Notes under the pieces: generated by a model
Databases searched by the model: none
Seen by the model: only the letters and a program-made list of their open reading frames with translations
Told to the model about the DNA's origin: nothing
Made by a program: the position numbers and the translations under genes
DNA from: a virus
UHGV virus genome: UHGV-0110803
Direction: 5' to 3' (one strand)
Length of the DNA: 29,302 nucleotides
Shown: positions 10,139 to 17,621 of the stretch, piece after piece
How positions within the stretch are numbered: the stretch's first letter is position 1
Layout of the letters: each line of letters starts with the position of its first letter

Positions 10139-11131
10139 TTACACCACGCGGGCTTCTGTTTCCAGAAGCGCATCAGTTTCACGGATTGGTACACCACGGA
10201 ATGACGTCCACCACTCGCCTTCAGTCTCTTTTACGCTAATCGCCAGAGATGTTTTCTCCAGAGACTGCAGATCAAGAGCCTGGCCTACAGTGCGGTTCAT
10301 GTAGAACACCGGGCGGCCCATGCCACGGTTTGGAATGCGATGCAGTGCTTTAACCATCAACTTCGCAATATTTGCGGCAGAGGAAGGTTCTGAAAGATTG
10401 CTGACATCGATGTTTGCAATGCGAACAACATAACGCCAGTCACGCAGAGCAAGTCCGTTATCCCATTTGTAATGGGTGCGATAGCCTTCGTACTTGCCGC
10501 CATTAGCATCTTCCAGTGTCACCTGGCCTTTATCTTCCATCTGGATGCCAGCCTTCTGCCCTTTCGGGAAGATGCCATGCACGGTGTTTTCGCCCCACAC
10601 CACTAACCAGATTGAGGTGTTATCTGTACCCGTGCCACCAGCATCAATGATGTTCTGAGCATTACCCGCAGACAGGCTGGAATAGCGGGAGGACAGTCCC
10701 ATAAACTGCTGAGGGTTAACGCTGGAATCACCATAAAACAGCGTCTGCGCCATCTGCTGATTCATCGCTTCAATAAATGCGCGGTCTTCAGACAGGCGGA
10801 ATTCGGCGGTATTGCCGTTCAGATCAGCCAGTGACTTATCGACTTCCGCATAGGTTTCCAGCATGCCAACGGAATCGGTTACCTGCACTGTGGTTGATTT
10901 GCTTGGCTGTACGCCATAGTTCAGCAAACGCCAGGTAGCTGAAGGTAAACCAGAACGAATGGTGGTTCGGTGTCCGGTAGGAAGGTTCCCTTCGACAAAA
11001 GGCATATCCTGAAGGATCGGGTTAGTTTGACCGAGAAGCTCGATAATCTTATCGACTTTCCCGTTTGGATCGACGCGCTTACCCCAGTCAGCCAGCGTTA
11101 GCGCAGTTAAGCCTTTAACAGACATTGTCAT
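10139..11131 (-). CDS. Major capsid protein (330 aa)
   Basis: Size and position after the scaffold gene; stem-loop immediately downstream. Confidence 0.65.
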   Translation of the reverse strand: MTMSVKGLTALTLADWGKRVDPNGKVDKIIELLGQTNPILQDMPFVEGNLPTGHRTTIRSGLPSATWRLLNYGVQPSKSTTVQVTDSVGMLETYAEVDKSLADLNGNTAEFRLSEDRAFIEAMNQQMAQTLFYGDSSVNPQQFMGLSSRYSSLSAGNAQNIIDAGGTGTDNTSIWLVVWGENTVHGIFPKGQKAGIQMEDKGQVTLEDANGGKYEGYRTHYKWDNGLALRDWRYVVRIANIDVSNLSEPSSAANIAKLMVKALHRIPNRGMGRPVFYMNRTVGQALDLQSLEKTSLAISVKETEGEWWTSFRGVPIRETDALLETEARVV

Positions 11132-11139
11132 TTCCTCTC

Positions 11140-11841
11140 TTATTTGCCATAGAGCACTTCGGCCGCACTACGCTGGCCTTCATTACCACCGGTGACCATG
11201 CCATCTTCAGACATCGCCTTTCCGATTTTCACGAACGTTTTGACCAGATCAGGGTGATTACCCAGCCCGGTGGTGTTCAGATATTCTTTGAGTTCAGGTG
11301 TCCCGAACTGGTCAAGCGCACGCTGTGCGGCGCTAAGGTTAGAAATCAACTTGTCGCCACCGATTTCTTTGTCAGCTTTTACATCCGCAGCCCACTGCTC
11401 GGTTGTTTTCTGCCAGGCTTCTGCCTGGCGCTGCTGAACACCTGCCAGAATCTTCGGATAAGCATCAACCAGCTTTTGCGCTTGCTCGTTGGTCAGGTTA
11501 AGTTCTCGCGCCACCGGCTCGAATTCCTTCAACGCTTCTGTATCCAGCTCTACGCCTTCGGCAGCCTGAAACTCGTACTTCTCAGGCGCACCCTCTGGTT
11601 TATCGCCACCCTTTTTTTCATCCTGCTTATCGTTTTCAGGCTTTTTGTCATCAGCAGGTTTATCGCCATCAGCAACAGGTTGTGGCTTATCACCTTCCTG
11701 TTGTGATGGATCACCAACTGGAGCAGGGGTATCACCTGCAGGCGCTGACGGTTCTGACGCAGCCGGAGCTGCTCCACCATCGACTGGCTGCTCATTGCAA
11801 AGACGGCGATACAGCAAACGCTCAAATAAATTCATGATCAC
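11140..11841 (-). CDS. Scaffolding protein (233 aa)
   Basis: Acidic, Pro/Ala/Lys/Asp low-complexity N-terminal half and helical C-terminal half; lies between portal and capsid genes. Confidence 0.6.
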   Translation of the reverse strand: MIMNLFERLLYRRLCNEQPVDGGAAPAASEPSAPAGDTPAPVGDPSQQEGDKPQPVADGDKPADDKKPENDKQDEKKGGDKPEGAPEKYEFQAAEGVELDTEALKEFEPVARELNLTNEQAQKLVDAYPKILAGVQQRQAEAWQKTTEQWAADVKADKEIGGDKLISNLSAAQRALDQFGTPELKEYLNTTGLGNHPDLVKTFVKIGKAMSEDGMVTGGNEGQRSAAEVLYGK

Positions 11842-12134
11842 TCCTGTTCACTGGCCTCTTTGGCCATCTTCAAATACTGTTCAGGGCAATGCGCCATAAC
11901 GCGCTGAAACAGTTCCAGCGCCAGATTGCGTTGCCCCTCATTAAATGCCATTGCCATAGCATCCATCGGAGAGATAGCGGAAAACACACGGCCTTTCTCC
12001 AGCACCGACCAGACAACGCGACGCCCCTGTTCACTGCTCATGACAAAGCGAATGTCATCAATTTCACGCTGTGCCATGTCACGTTGCTTACGGGCGTTTT
12101 CTTCTTTCAGTTGATCGTCTTCGTAATCTGTCAT
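11838..12134 (-). CDS. Hypothetical head-assembly protein (98 aa)
   Basis: 4-nt overlaps with portal and scaffold genes indicate coupled translation. Confidence 0.45.
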   Translation of the reverse strand: MTDYEDDQLKEENARKQRDMAQREIDDIRFVMSSEQGRRVVWSVLEKGRVFSAISPMDAMAMAFNEGQRNLALELFQRVMAHCPEQYLKMAKEASEQE

Positions 12135-13810
12135 TGTGATTGCCCACCCTGACCACTAACTGCATTCGCCATAGCTGACAACACACTCGGATCCGAAGTT
12201 TTAGCTTCACTTAGCGTCTTGACACCCTGTGCCGCCGCCATCCCCATCGCCATCATTTGTTGCTGCTGTTGCTGCTGTGCCCGTTGCTGGCGAGCCTGCT
12301 CAACCTGTTCCTGCGGAACAATGACGGTTGGAGACACTCCGGACATATCAGCGAATGCATCGATCGCCTGATCAACGTTGAGTTTGTCGAGAGCTTCTGG
12401 TTTCGCTTGCGCAAGTTGACCAATGAAGTTAACCGTGGACGCCAGACTGGACAGGCCGATAGACTTCTGCGCCTGAGCCATGACGGAAATGTATTCGACC
12501 TTCAGGGGCATGCCTTCCATCGCGTCAGGCGGTGGCGGCAGCATGTTTTTACGCACCATCATCGAGAAAGCGCGGTCAATGAGAGGATTAAGACATTCGT
12601 CGTTCAGACGCTCCAGAACCGGCCCCAACATCAGAAGTTTTTCTTCTTTCATTTCGATCACCGCTTCAACAGGCATCGAGCGGGTATTGATGTTCTGCAA
12701 CATCATGAACAGATCGACAAAGTAGGCGCTGTTAATGATTTGACGAGTGTCCTGAATGTCTGCCACCAAATCTGCTGTACTGGGGTTAACCAGATAAGCA
12801 GGCCTGAATCCATCCTGACCAGTAATCTGATCGATATACGTGATGTCGCCAGGAAGAAGGGAGGCGCGCTGATTCTTGAGGGAAGTCGGAGCAACCATCG
12901 GCGGATTGGTGGCTTTATCAATCAACTGCGACTTGCGCTTCTGGAGAAGCTGCAATGCCTTAACAGGTCCAAGCGCCAGCATACCCGGGCATGATGATCC
13001 ATAAACATCTTCGCCATTAACTTCCCAGCGCGGAGCCATAATTGGAAACTCATCGAATCCGGACTCACGCAACAACTTGTCGTTATCACCGCCAACCTCG
13101 TAATAAACCGATTTGAATGGCTTGTTCTTGCTATCCAGCTTCGATGTATCGCGGTCAATGTTCGGGTAAACCGAATGCATCACTTCAATCCACTTCTCGT
13201 AGGTGCCGCTTTCCCACATGCTTTTTACGGATTCGCTGACGTTATTTAGCCCGAACTCCTGAACAAGCTGACGAACGGTCATAGAGAACTTGCGAAAACA
13301 GGTGTCCACACTGCCACGAGGTGAGTTAGCCAGGTAGTAACTGCCTATCGGGAATGGCATTGTGCGAATGATGTCCTCGTCATCCTCCAGTACCGCCATT
13401 GCACCGGTGCTGTATGTGCCGAGGCTTCCGTATAACTGCGGAAGAGACTGGTAGAGATTCGACTTATTGAACATATCGTTCATGCGGTTCTGCACCGCCT
13501 CAAGCCACAACTTAACAGGGCCATAATCCATCATTTCAGGATCTGGCGTAGCCAGGCGAAACCACGGACGCGCGGGGCTTGTGATGCCTGACATCATGCC
13601 GCTGGCGAGAGTGCGCGCCGCCATAGTCCCGGTCGAATCAATAATGCGTGTATTGCGTCGATCGTTACGGTTGACCTCAGAAGTCAGAAAGCGGGAACCA
13701 CGTGGGTTGATGTAATCACTCAACTCGCGCCAGTGCGGCTCGAACGACTGACGCTCGCTTTCAAGTTGTGCGAACTGTTTGTTCAATCGCTCTTTAGTTG
13801 TTTCCGCCAT
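12131..13810 (-). CDS. Portal (head-to-tail connector) protein, 559 aa
   Basis: Size, position after terminase, and a Gln/Ala/Met-rich C-terminal tail (QQRAQQQQQQQMMAMGMAAAQG) like podovirus connector proteins; GGAG RBS. Confidence 0.7.
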   Translation of the reverse strand: MAETTKERLNKQFAQLESERQSFEPHWRELSDYINPRGSRFLTSEVNRNDRRNTRIIDSTGTMAARTLASGMMSGITSPARPWFRLATPDPEMMDYGPVKLWLEAVQNRMNDMFNKSNLYQSLPQLYGSLGTYSTGAMAVLEDDEDIIRTMPFPIGSYYLANSPRGSVDTCFRKFSMTVRQLVQEFGLNNVSESVKSMWESGTYEKWIEVMHSVYPNIDRDTSKLDSKNKPFKSVYYEVGGDNDKLLRESGFDEFPIMAPRWEVNGEDVYGSSCPGMLALGPVKALQLLQKRKSQLIDKATNPPMVAPTSLKNQRASLLPGDITYIDQITGQDGFRPAYLVNPSTADLVADIQDTRQIINSAYFVDLFMMLQNINTRSMPVEAVIEMKEEKLLMLGPVLERLNDECLNPLIDRAFSMMVRKNMLPPPPDAMEGMPLKVEYISVMAQAQKSIGLSSLASTVNFIGQLAQAKPEALDKLNVDQAIDAFADMSGVSPTVIVPQEQVEQARQQRAQQQQQQQMMAMGMAAAQGVKTLSEAKTSDPSVLSAMANAVSGQGGQSQ

Positions 13811-13824
13811 TTCAATGACTCCGG

Positions 13825-14031
13825 TTACTGACCAAGCAGCGTTTTACCGCTGGTCTTAGCGGTTGATGTGTCGCCCTGAGAACCGGTAAGCAGCGTAGAA
13901 CTACGACCAGCAGCAGCGCGACGGCGACGAGTTTCTTCGTCGCGGGCATCAACAACGGCGGCATCCTGCTCCTGTGGTGCTGCCTGAACTTCTGGTGTTG
14001 CAGGCACTGATGGTGAGCTACCCATGCACAT
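13825..14031 (-). CDS. Small hypothetical protein (68 aa) upstream of portal
   Basis: Start context CGGAGTCATTGATATG nearly identical to the portal start context CGGAGTCATTGAAATG. Confidence 0.4.
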   Translation of the reverse strand: MCMGSSPSVPATPEVQAAPQEQDAAVVDARDEETRRRRAAAGRSSTLLTGSQGDTSTAKTSGKTLLGQ

Positions 14032-14099
14032 ATCAATGACTCCGTACGCAATTAAATTATTACCAATTTAACCACATATGATTTATTTATCGTAGGCAG

Positions 14100-14136
14100 T
14101 TGACATTTAATGCGCGAATTATTACCTTTGAGGTAA
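14100..14136 (+). promoter_or_regulatory. Putative promoter region for the tRNA/moron cassette: TTGACA, AATTAT, then palindrome TTACCTTTGAGGTAA (14122-14136)
   Basis: TTGACA at 14100-14105; the decamer AATTATTACC is shared with the pL-like promoter; the -35 to -10 spacing is suboptimal (11 bp). Confidence 0.4.
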
Positions 14137-14458
14137 CCAAAGAGTTCATTCCGGTTACTAACATGACTGGCTTGTCGTTAAATTGAACAGGTGGAGTGAG
14201 CTTTTATTTTGAGCAGTACGGCGTATGGCACATGCGCCGATAGCGGTCTGGATACGTTTAAGGGGCACCCTCCCTTGCTCGGGCAAACGAACCAGGTAGC
14301 CGGAATGTGCAAGTCGAGCGGTTTTATTCCGCGCACGGGGATTCACCATCCCGGCGATTCGGTGTGACGCCTCGGAAGAGACGAGGGTACAACGATGAGA
14401 GCATTTATGGAGCCGCGACAAAGTGTGGCGCCTTAACAGGCTAAGTGCTCTCAGCGTT

Positions 14459-14535
14459 GTGGCATTAGCTCAGTTGGACAGAGCAACCGCCTTCTAAGCG
14501 GTTGGTCGCAGGTTCGAATCCTGCATGCCACGCCA
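14459..14535 (+). tRNA. tRNA-Arg (anticodon UCU), CCA encoded
   Basis: Cloverleaf folded by hand: acceptor GTGGCAT/ATGCCAC, D-stem GCTC/GAGC, anticodon stem ACCGC/GCGGT with loop CTTCTAA, T-arm GCAGG-TTCGAAT-CCTGC, discriminator G, CCA. Confidence 0.85.
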
Positions 14536-14578
14536 GAATCACGCCTAAGGACCGTGATGCCAGAAGTTCCAGGTGCTT

Positions 14579-14620
14579 GGCGGTGATGGTTTCCCTTGAA
14601 GGACTATCACCGCCCTTTTT
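14579..14620 (+). terminator. Hairpin plus T-tract 3' of the tRNA (GGCGGTGAT ... ATCACCGCC CTTTTT)
   Basis: 9-bp perfect stem followed by a T-run; functional on the plus strand only. Confidence 0.45.
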
Positions 14621-14698
14621 ACAGCAGGACGCCATTGCGATGACTTCATGCTGTAAACCAGTACAGCCACGGAAGGCAGAACTCATTGCTTCCAGTTC

Positions 14699-14723
14699 GC
14701 CCGGTTCGTCCGGGCATTTTTTT
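14699..14723 (+). terminator. Intrinsic terminator-like hairpin GCCCGG-TTCGT-CCGGGC followed by ATTTTTTT, immediately upstream of the RBS of the 139-aa ORF
   Basis: GC stem plus 7-T run; RBS AAGGTGA follows directly. Confidence 0.5.
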
Positions 14724-14734
14724 AAGGTGAGATT

Positions 14735-15154
14735 ATGAAGACAATTGATATGTTGGCTAAGTATCTAAATGAATGGCCATTAAAATATTCTCGTATCGTT
14801 CAGGCTGAAGACTGCGTTTTTTATGGCGTTTTTGCTGGTAATGAAATGCATTACGAAGTAATTCAGAGTGAGGGACTGGCCGGGTTAACTCTTAGCGAAG
14901 ACCATGGTACTAGCGTTACGTTCCATGACTGGATAACAGCACAACGTTCTGAAATGGAAAAAGGCGATATGTTTGATATTTCTCGCGCTGTTTACGCTAA
15001 AGCAAAAAGTGATCATGATTACATGAGCGAACACTTATACAACATGAAGTTACAATGCCTGCATGCGGCGCTTATTCAGAATGGGCACTTCGATAAAACA
15101 AGTGCCATCAATATTGCGGAAGCCATCAACGCTGGATTTAATGCCATTAAGTAA
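14735..15154 (+). CDS. Orphan moron protein, 139 aa, no recognisable domain
   Basis: AAGGTGA RBS; visibly AT-rich relative to flanking genes; opposite strand to the surrounding late operon; own terminator. Confidence 0.6.
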   Translation: MKTIDMLAKYLNEWPLKYSRIVQAEDCVFYGVFAGNEMHYEVIQSEGLAGLTLSEDHGTSVTFHDWITAQRSEMEKGDMFDISRAVYAKAKSDHDYMSEHLYNMKLQCLHAALIQNGHFDKTSAINIAEAINAGFNAIK

Positions 15155-15158
15155 CACC

Positions 15159-15170
15159 GTGACATGTCAC
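15159..15170. repeat. Perfect 12-bp palindrome GTGACATGTCAC, copy A
   Basis: Identical 12-mer recurs at 17610-17621 with similar flanks (AACACC upstream). Confidence 0.8.
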
Positions 15171-15174
15171 AAAC

Positions 15175-15203
15175 AGCCAGCCGATGAGCTGGCTTTGTTT
15201 TAT
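15175..15203 (+). terminator. Intrinsic terminator of the moron cassette (AGCCAGC-CGATGA-GCTGGCT then TTGTTTTAT)
   Basis: 7-bp stem plus T-tract on the plus strand; no U-tract on the minus strand. Confidence 0.6.
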
Positions 15204-15244
15204 CCTCATCAGAGGATATCAACGACATTATCCCCACCAGCGGA

Positions 15245-16720
15245 TTAAGCATATGGATCGTAATCTGTGATGGCCTTGCCTTGCTGGTTCTGCTGCCCGG
15301 GAATTCGCAGACGCTTCGACACAGGGAACGCAAACGTCAGCAGTAGCGCATCGCCTTTACCAGGAGAACGCCCAAGCCGCTCCTTGATATCTTCCTTCGG
15401 TTCGATAACGATTTTACCGTCCACTCGAACTTTGTACTCTGCCGCCGACAGGTCGTCCGCTGTTTCCTGGTCATCAAGCATGCCGCCCAGCCTCAGCCAC
15501 GTCTTGCATGAGTTGAACATCTCCCCGCGCTTATTGAGCATCTGCGGGTCAGTAGACGCGCCACCGAACGGAACAAGTTGCCATGTACGACCCCAGCCGT
15601 CACCGATTGACTTCAGACCAGTTCCGTAACCGAAGTCGATGAACACCGCGTCAGCCTGATACTGGTCTTCAAAGTCAGCGATACGCTTTGCCATAATCAG
15701 ATCGTCAGTGGTCTTGTTGCCGGTCCACAGCACCTTACTGTGCAGCCCCTGCCGCAGGTATATCACCGCATCATCAACGCCTGAGTATGCCGGGTCAACG
15801 CCGATTATCACCGGAGCATGTGCAACCTGCGCAGCGGTGACCACCCGTTTCATTGCCTCGTCAGTAAGTCCGGTAGGGATAAACTGCAATTCAGATGCAT
15901 CCGGGAATATGCCGCGCACACGGATTTTAACGAAGTCGCTGTCTTCCCCGTAGTCATCAACCCATTTCTGCAACTGCTGTTTGTTAGTGCCTTCCACCGT
16001 CCGGCTGTCAATCTGCGCAGTTTTCCAGCGGTGTTTATATTTGCGGAAACATTCGCGGAAACGTCCGGTATTACGCGTCGGGTTTCCGAACGCCACCCAG
16101 ATAATCTCAGTGTCTTCGTCCGTTAGCGCACCCTCGGCAACTTCCCACACCAGATCCGCAATGTTCGACGCTTCATCGAATACCACGATGATGCGTTTGC
16201 GCTCGTTGTGTAGTCCGGCGAATGCCTCAGTGTTGTGCTCAGACCAGGGGATTGCGTCAGCTCGCCACCGCTTGTCGTGCCCAGGATCATTGCTGTACAT
16301 CGCGGTAGCGGTACAGGTAAACCAGTCTTTCGTGATAGCAAGGTTCGACCACTTGATAATTTCCGGCCAAGTCTTCGTTCGTAGCTGGTTGTCGGTGTTG
16401 GCGGTCACCACGACCTTACAATCCTCGCAAGTGGACATGCCCCAGTTGATCAGCATTGAGATGAATGCGGATTTACCAATACCGTGACCAGAAGCGCGTG
16501 CCAGCATAAGCGGCTGATAGCGCGTCTCTGGATTCTGCAGGTGATCACGTATCTCTCGGAACGCATCGGCCTGCCACTGACGTGGACCGGTGGCATGTGC
16601 CAGTTCAGTCCCCTCTTCCCCCCACGGGAACGCATAGAGGGCATAACCAAGCGGATCGTGAGTGAACCCTGCAATATCCTCGATCAACTGCTCTTCAGGA
16701 GATAACGCTGTATCTGTCAC
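15245..16720 (-). CDS. terL: Terminase large subunit (491 aa)
   Basis: Walker A-like SGHGIGKS, ATPase then nuclease-domain layout, 4-nt overlap with the small-subunit gene. Confidence 0.85.
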   Translation of the reverse strand: MTDTALSPEEQLIEDIAGFTHDPLGYALYAFPWGEEGTELAHATGPRQWQADAFREIRDHLQNPETRYQPLMLARASGHGIGKSAFISMLINWGMSTCEDCKVVVTANTDNQLRTKTWPEIIKWSNLAITKDWFTCTATAMYSNDPGHDKRWRADAIPWSEHNTEAFAGLHNERKRIIVVFDEASNIADLVWEVAEGALTDEDTEIIWVAFGNPTRNTGRFRECFRKYKHRWKTAQIDSRTVEGTNKQQLQKWVDDYGEDSDFVKIRVRGIFPDASELQFIPTGLTDEAMKRVVTAAQVAHAPVIIGVDPAYSGVDDAVIYLRQGLHSKVLWTGNKTTDDLIMAKRIADFEDQYQADAVFIDFGYGTGLKSIGDGWGRTWQLVPFGGASTDPQMLNKRGEMFNSCKTWLRLGGMLDDQETADDLSAAEYKVRVDGKIVIEPKEDIKERLGRSPGKGDALLLTFAFPVSKRLRIPGQQNQQGKAITDYDPYA

Positions 16721-17313
16721 TGATTACCATCCTGACGTTCTTTGAGTCGCTTCCTGGCTGCTGCTATGCGATCAGCAATTGTCACATTCACATTAACATC
16801 CAGACGTTCTTTGAACGCGTTGACATCAACATGCTTACCAATCAGCTCAAGGTTCTTCACCTTGTCAGGCCATTTAATTTTTTTGAGGATTGTCTCTATC
16901 GAATCCTCGTTCATGTTCATGATGGTCGATGACAGATCAAAGCCACTAAGCGTAGTGCGCCAGATTTTCGGCCACTCACGGATTGGTTTAAGGCTCCCAT
17001 CGTCGTTGAGGATGTCGATCACGTCCATCTGGTCGATCTCCACCAGGCGCATGAGAACGTAATCAGCACTGACGCGCATTCGTTTGTTGCGCTCCTCCAT
17101 CAACTCGGCAATCCGTTTTTGAATGCGTTCATCGCGCATCATGACACTGGCTTTAACTGCCGCTGTATTTGGGGAGAATCCTGCGTTAATCGCTGCCTGA
17201 GTCTGGTTTTCAGGCGTTTTGATGTATGACTGGCAATAAGCCTCCTGCATTGCTGTTAGTGGCTTAAATTGCGTTGATTTGCGTTTATAGGTTTTAGGTT
17301 CAGCAGGCATCAT
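16717..17313 (-). CDS. terS: Terminase small subunit (about 198 aa from tandem ATG ATG; track ORF starts at an upstream TTG)
   Basis: Motif LTAMQEAYCQSYIK ... QTQAAINAGFS typical of small terminase HTH region; AAGGTGG RBS before the ATG pair. Confidence 0.8.
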   Translation of the reverse strand: MMPAEPKTYKRKSTQFKPLTAMQEAYCQSYIKTPENQTQAAINAGFSPNTAAVKASVMMRDERIQKRIAELMEERNKRMRVSADYVLMRLVEIDQMDVIDILNDDGSLKPIREWPKIWRTTLSGFDLSSTIMNMNEDSIETILKKIKWPDKVKNLELIGKHVDVNAFKERLDVNVNVTIADRIAAARKRLKERQDGNQ

Positions 17314-17330
17314 AACCACCTTGGTAATAG

Positions 17331-17353
17331 TTACCGTTGTGGTAATAGTACCA
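17331..17353 (-). promoter_or_regulatory. Palindrome TTACCGTTGTGGTAA fused to an extended -10 (TGG TACTAT on the minus strand) upstream of terS
   Basis: Perfect half-sites; the -10 hexamer shares its last base with the palindrome, the same geometry as three other promoters in the window. Confidence 0.5.
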
Positions 17354-17354
17354 T

Positions 17355-17382
17355 GCAAAATAAAGCCGCCATAGTTGGCGGC
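17355..17382 (-). terminator. Intrinsic terminator after the 70-aa gene (GCCGCC-AACTAT-GGCGGC then TTTATTTTG on the minus strand)
   Basis: 6-bp GC stem plus U-tract, located 5 nt after the stop codon. Confidence 0.55.
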
Positions 17383-17387
17383 AGTAT

Positions 17388-17600
17388 TCAAAGTCCATCA
17401 AATTCATCGTAAAAACTCTCGTCAAGATACCCTTCCCATTTACCGCGAATGAAAATTACATCCTCGCCGCAAGGGTGCTGACTGTCGATAACTATATCCC
17501 TCCTGGCGCAACCATACTTATGCATGAGAAATTTAACCTCTTTCGGAAAATTTGCTGAGTTATCTCTCATATCTTCAAGGTCGTAGCGTATTTTTGGCAT
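17388..17600 (-). CDS. Hypothetical small protein (70 aa from ATG)
   Basis: GAAGGTG RBS; the GTGACATGTCAC palindrome lies immediately upstream. Confidence 0.4.
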   Translation of the reverse strand: MPKIRYDLEDMRDNSANFPKEVKFLMHKYGCARRDIVIDSQHPCGEDVIFIRGKWEGYLDESFYDEFDGL

Positions 17601-17609
17601 AACACCTTC

Positions 17610-17621
17610 GTGACATGTCAC
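17610..17621. repeat. Perfect 12-bp palindrome GTGACATGTCAC, copy B
   Basis: Sits exactly at the junction between the 113-aa gene stop and the RBS of the 70-aa gene. Confidence 0.8.

Noticed and set aside
12250-12295. CAG/CTG-type triplet repeat (TTGCTGCTG twice) encoding a poly-Gln stretch in the portal C-terminus
   Set aside because: Short low-complexity tract typical of connector C-terminal tails; no evidence of slippage-based variation
495-13158. Numerous plus-strand ORFs in the track that overlap the minus-strand virion genes (for example 495-1319, 7882-8586, 12257-12994)
   Set aside because: Antisense to long, well-supported genes, with Arg/Ser/Cys-rich random-looking composition and no RBS evidence; treated as frame artefacts
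14055-14064. Third copy of the decamer AATTATTACC upstream of the moron promoter region
   Set aside because: No GGTAA partner half-site at the correct spacing, so not counted as an operator
14158-14738. Track ORFs 14158-14421, 14465-14686 (minus) and 14502-14738 (plus) around the tRNA
   Set aside because: They overlap the tRNA gene or its leader and terminator hairpins and have non-protein-like composition
15076-15333. Minus-strand ORF bridging the terL end and the moron
   Set aside because: Overlaps the terL 3' end and the antisense strand of the moron ORF; no independent start signal
17323-17335. Inverse-orientation half-sites GGTAATAGTTACC near terS (and GGTAAAATTACC at about 22541-22552 in the iterons)
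   Set aside because: Half-site order and spacing differ from the TTACC-N5-GGTAA family; likely fortuitous or a by-product of the adjacent true site
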